From NCBI GenBank assembly GCA_030425545.1, contig JAUIAC010000001.1, forward strand, positions 3,132 through 67,131: a DNA stretch of 64,000 nt, written 5' to 3'. The translations under genes were made by a program, and so were the position numbers. The first letter of the stretch is position 1; every line of letters begins with the position of its first letter. Positions 28,701-40,504 of this stretch are shown one piece after another. The notes below the pieces were generated by a model. The model was not told the origin of the DNA and ran no database searches. It saw only the letters and a list, made by a program, of their open reading frames with translations. The DNA comes from a bacterium (GTDB lineage: Bacteria; Myxococcota_A; UBA9042).

Positions 28701-29112
28701 CGCCGCGTACATCCGGGAGCACAGCAAGTCTGAGGAGACCGTCACCGGCTCCAGCACGCACGCCCCCATGGTGGCGCTGCTGGCCAAGCGACGCATGGCC
28801 GGCGACCACGTGGACACCAACTCGAAGACCTTCAAGACCGGCGTGGTGTCGCGCAAGGCGTTCTGGACCAAGGCGTGCAAGGACAACGTGCGCTTCATCG
28901 TCGCTGGGCCGCGCTCCTACTTCTCCCCCGCGTCCATGCCGCGCCGGCCGACGGTGGTGCGCCACTTCCGGCTGGTGAAGGAGTTCCGTGACCCTGCGCT
29001 GAAGCACTGGCGCTCGGTGACCTTGCAGCTGTGGGAGCGCAAGCACAGCCCCGACAAGCACCGCTGCACCTACGAGGGTCCGCAGCGCGGGGTGCGGGTG
29101 CGGCGCAAGTGA
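25753..29112 (+). CDS. GT-C fold glycosyltransferase, family 39/83-like (PMT/ArnT-like), with long Pro/Arg/Ala-rich N-terminal extension
   Basis: The first in-frame ATG after the upstream gene is at 25753. Polytopic membrane region with ...YSATDEGVYFYAAKAWASGLWPYHDFFFSHPPLH... (DE motif in the first extracytoplasmic loop, typical of GT39/GT83). The large C-terminal soluble domain is W-rich. The true start could be further downstream (the N-terminal 180 aa are low complexity). Confidence 0.55.
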   Translation: MARRPPRSSSPSGVHPPAVPGSAAPGGPAGGATAPAGSDDAVLEDRREQYRRASGSFRSRDFRKPQLAAGLDDPMADQDRRRSSAQRPAVLLDPTELYEASRSGVVTGGAASAGGAARAPTAAPPPRVVQGGSQPARRAGAQGPSGRGRAGAARDGADAPAAPSAEGAQHDGGAARRDASARGLRPAGPVPWAALALIAALALGATLLLPLVAEGPMLWKLLGEPTLAPWPLGGRITAGVVVLALVALVVSASQGALRAGLGESALPNAALMGSGLLAAGHLVFRAAAAPGGLNAPLAPLRGDLGGVPDAVWLGLAAGGLLAVTERQSQRMARTVALIGGLGLALAWWTPLGFAGQSFVPLLTALSGTAAPAEGALQLAAWVDAPGAVILGSFTPLLVLVPLLWPRALPPLVMRGLAAACVAVVPAVAALSSGDGTLVVAGGALATGATALLVAASVGLTLDRLTTRWDDEALMTLEILAVVLVVGVWTIAKINGMRYSATDEGVYFYAAKAWASGLWPYHDFFFSHPPLHILIPAVFFAIFGFSVTVAKSISVAAAGIAGLFIWRTGRRWFDPLTGVVAMTLFLFAGEVMKSSTNLTGINLTTMWACAGLWAALRRKSFLAGALLGAAACTGFYSVGYFLTLTVLALLAPDLDPDKNRPMVDRVLGQPGVQLLLGFAVVFGAVNLVFFLLAGEDYLTGVYRYHFLKRAKLAGFTPLDEGLHALPQNLALMLGGRDFRVSLYYHGAHYVLAFLAPLSLVATVAIRRHAQKATPHLFHAPKGLPPHLADKGRWAMLWDPRLWWTHPKSGGALALVTVLLWAMLTEFAQFKERYDFYYTLVLPLLSLLAAAWLHGLVRLGRWAAGCGARWRRPAEGPEARGLFQPAPKAAAPIFAAALALTLLWVPVNIWANATAWPSEVTPRGSSKGRGEVLKFDWIDAPGPSFVSETTRALLWKGHRVRGSLESGLHHYLWSKKRWFSTAEPIAAYIREHSKSEETVTGSSTHAPMVALLAKRRMAGDHVDTNSKTFKTGVVSRKAFWTKACKDNVRFIVAGPRSYFSPASMPRRPTVVRHFRLVKEFRDPALKHWRSVTLQLWERKHSPDKHRCTYEGPQRGVRVRRK

Positions 29113-29648
29113 ACGAGCGGGCGGAGCTCGAGCGGCAGGCCCGGGTGACGGTGGCCGCCATCGAGGAGGCCGCGGACGGGCGGCGTTGGGCGCTGGCCGG
29201 CGCGCTGGCGCTCCACGCCTACGAGGTCGGTGGACCGGTCACCGAGGTCACCGTGGTCGCGCTGGAGCCCCTGGCGCCGCCGCTGCCGCCGGGCGCCACG
29301 ACGGACGACACCGACTGCCTGTGGACCCCGGACGGCGGCCTGCCGGTGCGGTGGACGACCCGCGACAACCACTACGCCACGCTGTGGTGGCGGAGCCTGC
29401 AGGACGTCGCGGGGGAGCCGCCGGTGGTGGGCGCGCTGGCGCTCCTGGCGCTGCTGCTGGTCCGGCGCGACCAGGCCGAAGGCGTCATCGGGCTGCTGGC
29501 GGAAGGCGTGGTGGACGCAGACGAGGCGCGCGCCTTCGTGCTCGAGCACCTGGGGCCCTTCGCGCTGGACACGCTCAACGACCTGCTCCTGCACGCGGAG
29601 TGGGAGCTGATGAAGCGGCGTCACACGCGCGGCGGCGACGTGCACTGA
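29109..29648 (+). CDS. hypothetical protein (about 180 aa), translationally coupled to the upstream glycosyltransferase (GTGA overlap)
   Basis: The GTG at 29109 overlaps the TGA of the preceding gene. The frame is continuous with high GC3 to the TGA at 29646-29648. Confidence 0.4.
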   Translation: MNERAELERQARVTVAAIEEAADGRRWALAGALALHAYEVGGPVTEVTVVALEPLAPPLPPGATTDDTDCLWTPDGGLPVRWTTRDNHYATLWWRSLQDVAGEPPVVGALALLALLLVRRDQAEGVIGLLAEGVVDADEARAFVLEHLGPFALDTLNDLLLHAEWELMKRRHTRGGDVH

Positions 29649-29700
29649 GGGAGCTGGCCGGACAGGGCCTCCCTGGCCCCCCGGGGCAGCCCGCCCGTGC

Positions 29701-31317
29701 CTACTCGCAGGTAGCGATGAACACCGGCTGCGTGCGGTCTTTCTTGCACTCGTCGCCGTCGCACTTCAGCGCGACGCCGTTGAGGGCCTCGAGCAGGGCG
29801 GCGTAGGGCAGGTTGGCGTCGACCGCGACCACGATGGACGTGCTCTGGTTGTCCGCCCACTTCTCCAGCCGATCGCCTTCCCCATGGGGCGCGGCGCTCT
29901 GCACGCTGCGCAAGGTGCCGTCGGACGAGAGCTTGCCCGTGTGGACCTGCTTGCCATCGTGATAGACGGCCGGCGTGAAGCCCTTGGCCTGCAGCGCGTC
30001 GCGGCCGACCACCGCGACGGCCTTGCAGGACTTGGTCTTGCCGCCGGGCGCCTTCAGCTTGAAGGGGATGCGCTTGTCCAGGGCCAGCAGCGTCACGGTG
30101 AAGCCCGAGCGACGGTTGCTGTGATCCGCGCGGCGGCGCCCCACGAGGATCACCGTCGGCCACTCCTTGGCGTGCTCCCCGACGATGGTCGCCTCGAGCA
30201 ACGACAGGCCATAGCTCACCGGCACGTCACCCTCAGGGACCAGCAGGATGTTGCTCTGGTTGAAGTTCGACACGGTCGACGCACGGGTGTCCTCCACCAG
30301 CTGGCTGATGCGCTTGGTCAGGGCCTCGTCGGTCTTGGTGAAGTCCGGCGTCCACGGGTTGGCGGCGTCGTTGAGCTTGCGCAGCGCGATGCCCATGAGC
30401 GAGATGCCCTTCTTGGTGACGAAGAGCGCCGCGTTGCCGTTGACCGGCGCGGCCACGGTCGAGCGAATCGGAGGCAGCTTGGGGAACTCCTCCCACTTGG
30501 GCACCGCCTTGATGCGGGCCTGATACCAGGCGATGAGCTGGTCGTTGAAGGCGTTGTAGCTGCTGCTCGGGTACTTCTTCTTGAAGGCCTCGATCATGTC
30601 GATGACCTTCTTGTAGTAGGGGATCATCACCTGCGTGGGCCGCAGCTCCATCGGGATGTCTTTGCAGTAGTCGTTCATCTTCGTGCGGCACATGACGTTG
30701 ATCTCCTCGCGGAAGAGCGAGGTCTTCGGCTCGTAGCCGAAGGCCAACTTCAAGTACGTGAAGAAGTAGGTCACGCGGTCGTCGTCCGCCCCGCGCCCCT
30801 CGCCGAAGAGGTCATGGCGGCGGGCCGACTCAGCCACATGAAAGAAGATCTTGTCGAAGGCCAGATCCTCCTCCCACTTGGTGTCCTTGCTCGCGGCGGC
30901 GGCGAGGCTCAGGTCGCGCCAGTAGTCCTTCGGCGGCATCTTGGCGTTGAAGTAGAACTTCTTCTGCCCCTCGAGCCAGGTGGCGAGGTCGTCGGCCGTG
31001 CCAGCGATCTTGGTGCCGCGTGCGATGACGCCGACCTTCTTGAACTCGGAGCGCGACACGGTGCCGGCCACCTTGCTCATCCACTCCAGGTAGGGGTGGC
31101 CACCGTCCGAGCCTGGCTTGCCGTCCTTGGGCGCGGTGCTGGTCAGGCGCTTGCGACGCTCGAGCATGATCTGCTCCAGCTTGGCCGTGCCCTTCTCCGC
31201 CCGGACCACCTTCTTCTTCTTCTTCGGGCCACAGGCGCTCAGGGGCAGCAGCGTCGCGACGAGCAACAGGGGCAGCAGGCGCGCGGCGCGTGCGACAGAC
31301 GGGTGGTTCTGGGTCAT
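29701..31317 (-). CDS. lipoprotein of unknown function (538 aa), possible ExbD/TolR-like C-terminal fold
   Basis: MTQNHPSVARAARLLPLLLVATLLPLSAC GPKKKKK: signal peptide plus lipobox. Lys-rich mature N-terminus. C-terminal segments ...IVVAVDANLPYAALLEALNGVAL... loosely resemble the ExbD periplasmic domain (weak). Confidence 0.55.
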   Translation of the reverse strand: MTQNHPSVARAARLLPLLLVATLLPLSACGPKKKKKVVRAEKGTAKLEQIMLERRKRLTSTAPKDGKPGSDGGHPYLEWMSKVAGTVSRSEFKKVGVIARGTKIAGTADDLATWLEGQKKFYFNAKMPPKDYWRDLSLAAAASKDTKWEEDLAFDKIFFHVAESARRHDLFGEGRGADDDRVTYFFTYLKLAFGYEPKTSLFREEINVMCRTKMNDYCKDIPMELRPTQVMIPYYKKVIDMIEAFKKKYPSSSYNAFNDQLIAWYQARIKAVPKWEEFPKLPPIRSTVAAPVNGNAALFVTKKGISLMGIALRKLNDAANPWTPDFTKTDEALTKRISQLVEDTRASTVSNFNQSNILLVPEGDVPVSYGLSLLEATIVGEHAKEWPTVILVGRRRADHSNRRSGFTVTLLALDKRIPFKLKAPGGKTKSCKAVAVVGRDALQAKGFTPAVYHDGKQVHTGKLSSDGTLRSVQSAAPHGEGDRLEKWADNQSTSIVVAVDANLPYAALLEALNGVALKCDGDECKKDRTQPVFIATCE

Positions 31318-31386
31318 GGGGAGGCTCCAATGCGGTTGCGGCGCGAAGCTATCGTGGCTCGCTGCCGGATGCCAGCGGGCCCGTCG

Positions 31387-32592
31387 TCAGGGCAGCCCAG
31401 GGGCCTTCGCGGGCTGCAGGCCGAGCGCCGCGCGCAGCACCGACAGGTTCTTGCGCGGCGGCGCGCACGAGGGGCACGCAGCTGCCGCACGCTCGAAGGC
31501 CTTGGCGGCCCCGTCGAGGTCACCGTCGCGCGCGGCGAGGATGCCGGCGCAGAAGCTGAGCGCCCAGCTCTCGGCGCCGAGCAGGGTCTGGGCCCCGCGG
31601 AGCACCGCGCGGGCGAGCTCCAGATCACCCGCGTCGAGCGCCGCCGCCGCCTGCACCTCGACCGCGAGCAGCTGCTTGGTGTCCCGGCGCAGCGCGCGCG
31701 ACGCCCGCGCGAACGCGCGTCGCGACTTGCCCTGCCGCCACTGCGCCCAGGCGCGCAACGCCAACGCGCGGGGATCGCTGCGGCGCAGCACCAGCCGCTC
31801 CACACGCGCGGGCTCGTCGAGGGCGAAGGCGACCTCGGCGCTGAGCGCGCGCACCGCAGCGCTGCCCTTGCCGCTCGCCATGGCCAGCATGTGCCTGGCC
31901 TTGCGGGCCTCGCCGAGCCCGAGGTACGTGCTCGCGAGCACCAGCGCGTAGCGCTCTGGCCCCCGCTGGCAGGACCGCGTCAGCGCGTCGGCCGCCGTCT
32001 TGGCCTCGGCAAAGTGCTTCGCCGCGGCGTGGGCCCGCAGCCGGAGCCCGAGCCACGCCAGCCGCGTCGGGCCGCACGCAGCCGCCCGGCGGACCTGTCT
32101 GCGCCGCGCCGCCGCCGACGCAGGGCCTGCCGCTCCGCCGATCTGGCCCGACTCGGCGGCCAGCTCCGCGCGCTTGCGGTCGGCCTTGGCCACGGCGACC
32201 TCGTTCACCGCCGAGAGGCGCTTGAGGGCGCCCGCGGAGTCCTCGCCGAAGAGCGCCCAGCCAGCGGCGAAGAGCTGCACTTCAACCGCCTCGGGGTGGT
32301 CCTTGAGCAGCTCCTTGAGGCGCGTGTCGACCGCCTTGCGCTGGTCGGGCTGCCGGGCCAACAGGCGGAGCCGGTCCAGCTCCGCGCCGAGCAGCCGGCC
32401 GTCCCGCGCGTAGGCCTTGGCGTAGAACTTCGCCGCGCCGCTGAGGTCCCCACGCGCCTCGCGCTGCCAGCCGCTGTGCCAGTGGCGCACCGCCTTCGAC
32501 GTGGTGCATCCCCCCAACGCGGCGGCGCACAAAAGCGCGACGACCGCCCCCCTGAGGAGGCGGCCGCCGCGACGTTGCTTAGGGCGCCCCAT
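31387..32592 (-). CDS. TPR-repeat lipoprotein, start 2 nt downstream of the atpC stop
   Basis: ...AVVALLCAAALGGC TTSK gives the lipobox. Ala/Leu/Arg-rich helical repeats of TPR-like periodicity. CxxC near the C-terminus (CPSCAPP). Confidence 0.55.
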   Translation of the reverse strand: MGRPKQRRGGRLLRGAVVALLCAAALGGCTTSKAVRHWHSGWQREARGDLSGAAKFYAKAYARDGRLLGAELDRLRLLARQPDQRKAVDTRLKELLKDHPEAVEVQLFAAGWALFGEDSAGALKRLSAVNEVAVAKADRKRAELAAESGQIGGAAGPASAAARRRQVRRAAACGPTRLAWLGLRLRAHAAAKHFAEAKTAADALTRSCQRGPERYALVLASTYLGLGEARKARHMLAMASGKGSAAVRALSAEVAFALDEPARVERLVLRRSDPRALALRAWAQWRQGKSRRAFARASRALRRDTKQLLAVEVQAAAALDAGDLELARAVLRGAQTLLGAESWALSFCAGILAARDGDLDGAAKAFERAAAACPSCAPPRKNLSVLRAALGLQPAKAPGLP

Positions 32593-32594
32593 GC

Positions 32595-33008
32595 TCAGCT
32601 GGCGCCTGCCACCGCGAGGCGGGCCTCGGCCAGGGCCACCACGTGGCGCTTGACCTTCCAGGCCTCGGAGCCCACGGCTTCCTTGCTCTCGTCGAGCGCC
32701 TTGCGCCCGGCGTCGAGGGCCTTGCGCGCCGCGTCCACGTCGATGTCAGCAGGCGTCTCCGCCAGCTCGGTGACGATGATGACCTGGGCACCCTGCTGGC
32801 TGACCTGCAGGTAGCCCTCGTCGAGCAAGAACACCGTCGGGTCGCTGTTGGTCGACGAGAGCACCGCGCACGGTCCCGTGCCCAGCGCGGTCATCATGTC
32901 CCGGTGGCCCGGCAGGATCCCGACCTCACCGGCGACCGTCGACGCGCGAATCGACGCCGCCTCGCCGCTGAACTTCTCCCCCTGGGGGGTCACGATCTCG
33001 ACCTGCAT
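32595..33008 (-). CDS. atpC: F0F1 ATP synthase subunit epsilon
   Basis: 137 aa. MQVEIVTPQGEKFSGEAASIRASTVAGEVGILPGHRDMMTAL... is a canonical epsilon N-terminal beta-sandwich. AAGGAG RBS upstream. Confidence 0.9.
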   Translation of the reverse strand: MQVEIVTPQGEKFSGEAASIRASTVAGEVGILPGHRDMMTALGTGPCAVLSSTNSDPTVFLLDEGYLQVSQQGAQVIIVTELAETPADIDVDAARKALDAGRKALDESKEAVGSEAWKVKRHVVALAEARLAVAGAS

Positions 33009-33088
33009 GGTCTGCTCCTTCGGGCGACATCAAGGGTTCGGCGAACCCGCGTGGCTTGGCCAGGCGCGGGCGACCGAAGCAGAGATGG

Positions 33089-35459
<2,371 letters not shown>

Positions 35460-35534
35460 TCATCGCTCCCGGGAGCGTGCCGGCCACCGAGGCGGCCAGC
35501 GTGGGTCAGAAGGGCGCTCGTCGCGCGTCGTGGC

Positions 35535-37103
35535 TCAGGCCTGGAACAGGTTCTTGAACTCGTTGAGCGCGCCCACCAGCTTCTGGCGGAGCGGATCGGA
35601 CTCCTTCTTCAGCGCCGACTTCTTCACGCCGACCTCGATCTCCGCGAGAAGCTCGGCCTTCTGGCTCTCGAGCCAGGCGAAGAGCTCGGTCTCGTAGCGG
35701 CCGAGCACCTCGGGGGTGAGGTGGTCGAGGAAGCCCTCTTTCGCCGTAGCGGCGAAGATCAGGATGACCTGACGCGACACGTGCAGCGGCGAGTACTGGC
35801 CCTGCTTCAGCAGGTCCACCAGCCGCGCGCCGCGCTGCAGCTGACGCTGCGTTGCCGGGTCGAGGTCCGAGGCGAACTGCGAGAAGGCCTCCAGCTCGCG
35901 GTAGGCAGCCAGCGACAGACGCAGCGGTCCGGCGACGCCCTTCATCGCCTTCACCTGCGCGGCGCCACCGACACGAGACACCGAGAGACCCACGTTGATG
36001 GCGGGGCGCACACCCTTGTTGAAGAGATCGCTCTCCAAGTAGATCTGGCCGTCGGTGATGGAGATGACGTTGGTGGGCACGTAGGCCGACACGTCGCCTT
36101 CCTGCGTCTCGATGATGGGCAGCGCGGTGAGCGAGCCGCCACCGAGATCGTCCGACAGCTTCGAGGCCCGCTCGAGCAGGCGGCTGTGGAGGTAGAAGAC
36201 GTCACCGGGGTAGGCCTCACGACCCGGAGGGCGGCGAAGCAGCAGCGACATCTGGCGGTAGGCGACGGCCTGCTTGGAGAGGTCGTCGTAGACGATGAGC
36301 GCGTGGCCGCCGTTGTCGCGGAAGTGCTCCGCCATGGCGCAGCCCGAGTAGGGCGCGATGAACTGCAGCGGCGCGAGCTCCGAGGCCGAGGCCGCGATGA
36401 CCGTGGTGTAGGCCATGGCGCCGTGCTGCTCGAGCTTGCCGACCACCTGGGCGACCGTGGACGCCTTCTGGCCGATGGCGACGTAGAAGCAGTAGACCGC
36501 GTCCTTGCCGTCGCCCTCGTGGGTGCTCTTCTGGTTGATGATGGTGTCGATGGCCACCGCGGTCTTGCCGGTCTGGCGGTCGCCGATGATGAGCTCGCGC
36601 TGGCCGCGGCCGATCGGGACCATGGAGTCGATGGACTTCAGGCCGGTCTGCAGCGGCTCGTGCACCGACTTTCGGGCGATGATGCCGGGGGCCTTCACCT
36701 CGACGCGGCGGTAGGAGATCTCGTCGCCGGCCTCAGGGGTCAGGGGCCCCTTGCCGTCGATGGGCTCACCGAGGGCGTTGACGACGCGGCCGAGCAGCGC
36801 GCGACCCGCGGGGACCTCGACGATCTTGCCGGAGCGCTTGACCAGGTGGCCTTCGCGGATGCTGTTGGCGTCGCCGAGCAGCGCCACACCGACGTTGTCC
36901 TGCTCGAGGTTGAGCACCATGCCCTTGACGTCGTTCGGGAACTCGAGGAGCTCGCCAGCGACGGCGTTCTCGAGGCCGTGGACGCGGGCGATGCCGTCGC
37001 CGACCGTCAGCACGCGGCCGGTCTCCTGCACGTCGAGCTTCGCGTCGTAGTTGGCGACCTGCTCGCGAATAATCCGGCTGACCTCAGCGACTCCGATGTC
37101 CAT
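35535..37103 (-). CDS. atpA: F0F1 ATP synthase subunit alpha
   Basis: The start at [15 protein letters not shown] (ATG 37103, AGGAG RBS) sits inside a longer ORF. Walker [10 protein letters not shown] and other alpha-subunit hallmarks are present. Confidence 0.95.
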   Translation of the reverse strand: MDIGVAEVSRIIREQVANYDAKLDVQETGRVLTVGDGIARVHGLENAVAGELLEFPNDVKGMVLNLEQDNVGVALLGDANSIREGHLVKRSGKIVEVPAGRALLGRVVNALGEPIDGKGPLTPEAGDEISYRRVEVKAPGIIARKSVHEPLQTGLKSIDSMVPIGRGQRELIIGDRQTGKTAVAIDTIINQKSTHEGDGKDAVYCFYVAIGQKASTVAQVVGKLEQHGAMAYTTVIAASASELAPLQFIAPYSGCAMAEHFRDNGGHALIVYDDLSKQAVAYRQMSLLLRRPPGREAYPGDVFYLHSRLLERASKLSDDLGGGSLTALPIIETQEGDVSAYVPTNVISITDGQIYLESDLFNKGVRPAINVGLSVSRVGGAAQVKAMKGVAGPLRLSLAAYRELEAFSQFASDLDPATQRQLQRGARLVDLLKQGQYSPLHVSRQVILIFAATAKEGFLDHLTPEVLGRYETELFAWLESQKAELLAEIEVGVKKSALKKESDPLRQKLVGALNEFKNLFQA

Positions 37104-37235
37104 GTCGACTCTCCTTGAGGACCTCGCTCTGGGCGAGGGGTGCGGGCTCGGCTTGCTCGGCAAGCGGCCCCGGGGTGCGTTGTGCGGGACAGGGCCCCGC
37201 GGCTCGCCTGGTATGAACCGGGCGAGCGAAGGGGT

Positions 37236-37787
37236 TCAGGCCACGTGGCTCGAGAGGAGCTGCTCCCGCAGCCGGTCGAGGTGGTTCTTGACCGACGCGT
37301 CGTACACGACGTTGCCGACCTTGATGACCAGCCCGCCCATGAGGGCGCTGTCTTGCGTCGCCTCGAGCTGCACGTCCTTGCCGAGCTGCTTGGCGAGCGC
37401 GGCCTGGATGCGGCCCTGGGCGGCGGCGTCGAGGGCCACCGCGCTGGTGACCTCAGCGGTGACGCGACCCGAGCGAGCGTCGAGCATCTCGCTGAACGTG
37501 GCGTGGATCTCGAGGGCGACGTCAAAGCGCCCCTTCTCGAGCAGCAGCCGCGCGAGGTTGTTGATGTTGCCGGTGATGCCGAGCTTGCCGAGCATGTCGT
37601 CGAGCAGCGTCGCGCGGGTGCCCATGGCGACCGTGGGGTTGCTGAGCATGTCGACCACGGTGGGCACGTCCCGCAGGACGGTGGCCAGCTTGTCGAAGTC
37701 GGCCCGCAGGGCCACCGCGCCGCCGGTCTCGTCGGCGAGCTCCAACATGGCCTGTGCGTAGCGCTTGCTGACAGGTGAGCGACTCAT
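37236..37787 (-). CDS. atpH: F0F1 ATP synthase subunit delta (OSCP)
   Basis: The start at MSRSPVSKRYAQAMLELA (ATG 37787) overlaps the atpF stop. This is the typical delta/OSCP N-terminus (RYAxAL). Confidence 0.8.
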   Translation of the reverse strand: MSRSPVSKRYAQAMLELADETGGAVALRADFDKLATVLRDVPTVVDMLSNPTVAMGTRATLLDDMLGKLGITGNINNLARLLLEKGRFDVALEIHATFSEMLDARSGRVTAEVTSAVALDAAAQGRIQAALAKQLGKDVQLEATQDSALMGGLVIKVGNVVYDASVKNHLDRLREQLLSSHVA

Positions 37788-38404
37788 GCCTGCACCTCCA
37801 CGGTGGCGGCGCCGGTCTCGAGCTCCGCGATGACGCGGTCGACCAGCCCCTGCTGACGCTGGGCGTCGAGCTTGGCCGCGATCTGGGTCGTGGCGAGGTT
37901 GAGCGCGACGTCCACGGCGTGGGCCGCCAGCTCCTCGCGCACCTTCTTGCCTTCCTGCGCGACGCGCGCGGCCTCTTCGGCGCTGATGCGGTCGGCGGTG
38001 GCCTTGGCCTCTTCGAGGATGCGCTTGCACTCGACCTCGGTCCCGACGCGGACCTCAGCGATGACCTCGGCGAGCTCCTCCTCGAGGCGCTCGAGGCGCG
38101 CCTTGTACTCGTCGTAGCGCGCCTGGGCGTCGGCGCGGAGGCGCGTGGCCTCCTCGATCTCCTCGACGACGGTCTTGTAGCGACCGTCGAGGGCCGCCGC
38201 GATGGGCTTGCGACCGAAGTAGATGAGGATGCCGAGGAAGACGGCGAAGTCGATCAGGTAGTAGCCGTGGATGGTGAAGGTGAAGCCCCCCCCACTCGCC
38301 AGCGCGACGCTCGGCACCAGCGAGGCGCCGACCGTCATGACGCCCACGCGCGCGAGGCGCGAGGCGTCGCGTCGAAGGTTCTGAAACAGTGAAGACATGC
38401 GCAT
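37784..38404 (-). CDS. atpF: F0F1 ATP synthase subunit b
   Basis: Single N-terminal TM segment (...HGYYLIDFAVFLGILIYFG...) followed by a long charged coiled-coil. Position between b' and delta. Confidence 0.8.
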   Translation of the reverse strand: MRMSSLFQNLRRDASRLARVGVMTVGASLVPSVALASGGGFTFTIHGYYLIDFAVFLGILIYFGRKPIAAALDGRYKTVVEEIEEATRLRADAQARYDEYKARLERLEEELAEVIAEVRVGTEVECKRILEEAKATADRISAEEAARVAQEGKKVREELAAHAVDVALNLATTQIAAKLDAQRQQGLVDRVIAELETGAATVEVQA

Positions 38405-38895
38405 CAGCCCTGGCCCTCCACGATCTTGTCGGTGATGAGCGCGGCGATCTGCTCGGCCTCCGCCTCGATGGCCGTGCGCGCCTTGTCCGCCTCGACCCGG
38501 AGGGCCGAGATGCCGGCGTCGATGCGCGCGTTGGTCTCCGTGCGCACCTGCGAGACGAGGGTCGAGGCCTCCTTCTGCGCGGCGTTGCGGGCGGTGGCAC
38601 GCTCGGCGAGGGCGCGCTGCTTCTCCTGCGACATGGCCTTCTCATACACGGCGACCTGCTCGTCGGCCTCCTTGAGCATGCGCTTGGCCTCGGCGCGAGC
38701 GCCCTCTGTGCGGGCGTCACGCTGCTCAAAGCGAGCGAGCAGGGGCTCGAACACGAGCTTGGGCAGCACCAGGATGAGGGCGAGGAAGAACGCGAACTGG
38801 ACGATGGCCGTCGCGTCCACGTCAACCAGCCCAGCGGCGGCGACGGGGAGCTCCCAGGCGCGGTCCTGCAGGGCGGTGGAAAGCGTAGCGAACAT
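38404..38895 (-). CDS. F0F1 ATP synthase subunit b' (second b-type subunit)
   Basis: 163 aa with one TM segment (...IVQFAFFLALILVLPKLVFEPL...) plus a charged coiled-coil. Its stop overlaps the atpF start. Confidence 0.75.
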   Translation of the reverse strand: MFATLSTALQDRAWELPVAAAGLVDVDATAIVQFAFFLALILVLPKLVFEPLLARFEQRDARTEGARAEAKRMLKEADEQVAVYEKAMSQEKQRALAERATARNAAQKEASTLVSQVRTETNARIDAGISALRVEADKARTAIEAEAEQIAALITDKIVEGQG

Positions 38896-39127
38896 GAGCA
38901 GCTGGCCTCCGTAGTGCGGGGCCTGTCGCAGAAGCGCGCAGGCGGCTCGCAGGCACCGTTTGGGGTGGACCCCCGGTGCGGCGCGCGCGGCTTACCACTT
39001 CGAGCCCAGCCGGTCAACGCGCGGCGCCCCTCGGAGCGCGCCCTGCGGAGCCGACGCTCAGGGCGGATTGACGCTCCCATGGGGGTTCGCCACACTTCCG
39101 GCTCCCAACGTCGCTAGGAGTCCCGTC

Positions 39128-39865
39128 ATGGCCCGTTTTCCCCGCATCTTGTCTTGTGTTGTCGCAGTCTTCGCCCTCGCCCTCGTGGGGTGCGGATCCA
39201 GCGAAGGCCAGGGGGGTAGCGGCGCTGGGATCAGCTGTGGCGTGGGCGAGACGGTGGCGCTCGACAGCCAGGGCAACAAGTTCTGCCAGAAGGCCGGCGC
39301 AGACGGCACGATCTCGGGCACCGACACGGGCGGCACCGGCGGCGCAGACACCGGAGGCACCGGCGGCGCAGACACCGGAGGCACCGGCGGCGGCACGGAC
39401 GGCGGAGCGGGCAGCGACGGCGGCGCCAAGGACGCGGGGCCGAGCGACCCCTGGTGGACCTGCCCGCCGGTCAAGGGCACGGGCCTCGACCACGGCAAGA
39501 AGTGCACGAAGCACGAGGAGTGCCTGTACGGCTACTGCATGAAGGGCGGGCACCTGACGGGCTACGACGACTCGATCTCCTACTGCACCAAGAACAACGG
39601 CTGCACCGGCGGCGACGCCGCGACCTGCGCTTACGACGACAACAGCCCCTCGGGCGTGACTTACAAGTCTGCGTTTGAGAAGAGCAAGTCGGGCGGCAAC
39701 ACGAAGCGCACCTCGGACCAGCCGGTCAAGGTGTGCGCCCGCGCGTGCAAGTCCGACAGCGAGTGCAAGCAGTGGAACGCGGACCTGCCGGACTGCATCA
39801 AGAACTCGACCAAGTACGTGTCGATCGGCACGCAGGGCGTGTGCGGCAAGAACCCGCTCAAGTAG
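39128..39865 (+). CDS. small secreted Cys-rich lipoprotein with (GTDTGGTGGAD)n linker
   Basis: ATG 39128 with AGGAG RBS. MARFPRILSCVVAVFALALVGC GSSEG gives the lipobox. Gly/Thr/Asp repeat linker, then an approximately 150 aa module with about 14 Cys. Confidence 0.6.
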   Translation: MARFPRILSCVVAVFALALVGCGSSEGQGGSGAGISCGVGETVALDSQGNKFCQKAGADGTISGTDTGGTGGADTGGTGGADTGGTGGGTDGGAGSDGGAKDAGPSDPWWTCPPVKGTGLDHGKKCTKHEECLYGYCMKGGHLTGYDDSISYCTKNNGCTGGDAATCAYDDNSPSGVTYKSAFEKSKSGGNTKRTSDQPVKVCARACKSDSECKQWNADLPDCIKNSTKYVSIGTQGVCGKNPLK

Positions 39866-39999
39866 GCCTCGAGTCGGCGCAGCGCGGCCCCTCGGGCGGC
39901 CCCTCGCACGACACCTCGCACGACACCTCGCACGACCGTCAGCTCCGCCGACAAGCCCGACCCGCGCCCGGCAATGGGGCGCCTCGGGTCGGCTGCGCC

Positions 40000-40419
40000 C
40001 TACCCTTCCGCGGTAAACCCGAGGAGCCGATCGACGGTCGCCTGGTCTGCAGGCGGGAAGTCGAAGTGGGTGAGCTGAGCTGGCGGCACCCAGCGGTAGT
40101 CGTTGACGTAGCGACACTCGGGCTGACCCTCGGTGATCGTGCACGCCCAAGCCACCAGACGCAGCCGGTACTGGTCGTAGACCCGCTCGACGGCCAGCCG
40201 CGGCTCGTCGCACGAGATGCGCACGCCGAGGGTCGCCAGCAGGCAGCGGTTCAGCGCGTCTTGCTCGCTCTCGCCGCTGCGCACGCGGCCTCCGGGGAAC
40301 TCCCACAGCAGGGGCATCACGGCGTGGGCGTTGCGCTGCGCGATGAGGTAGCGGCCGTGGCTGTCCACGATCTCGGCCGCGACCACGGTCACGAGCGGAA
40401 GGTCCTGCGGTGACGACAT
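40000..40419 (-). CDS. NUDIX hydrolase (MutT-like) with degenerate Nudix box
   Basis: 139 aa. ...WEFPGGRVRSGESEQDALNRCLLATLGV... matches the Nudix box GX5EX7REUXEEXGU only partially (RE->RC, EE->AT). Confidence 0.6.
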   Translation of the reverse strand: MSSPQDLPLVTVVAAEIVDSHGRYLIAQRNAHAVMPLLWEFPGGRVRSGESEQDALNRCLLATLGVRISCDEPRLAVERVYDQYRLRLVAWACTITEGQPECRYVNDYRWVPPAQLTHFDFPPADQATVDRLLGFTAEG

Positions 40420-40504
40420 GCCCTACTCCAAGCCGACGGAGGCGCGGGGGCGAAGGCCGGCGCCTTGGGCCGCTCGCGCCCCGCTCGGGCGCCGAGGCGA
40501 TTCG

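Noticed and set aside
25080-28733. 1217 aa + strand ORF in an alternative frame to the GT39-like gene
   Set aside because: The translation is Arg/Gly/Pro-rich nonsense. The 25753..29112 frame yields TM helices and a GT-C motif.
38055-39095. 346 aa minus ORF upstream of atpF' that could have been atpB
   Set aside because: The translation is Pro/Arg/Ser-rich with no TM helices and no a-subunit motifs. It overlaps the well-supported + strand lipoprotein gene at 39128.
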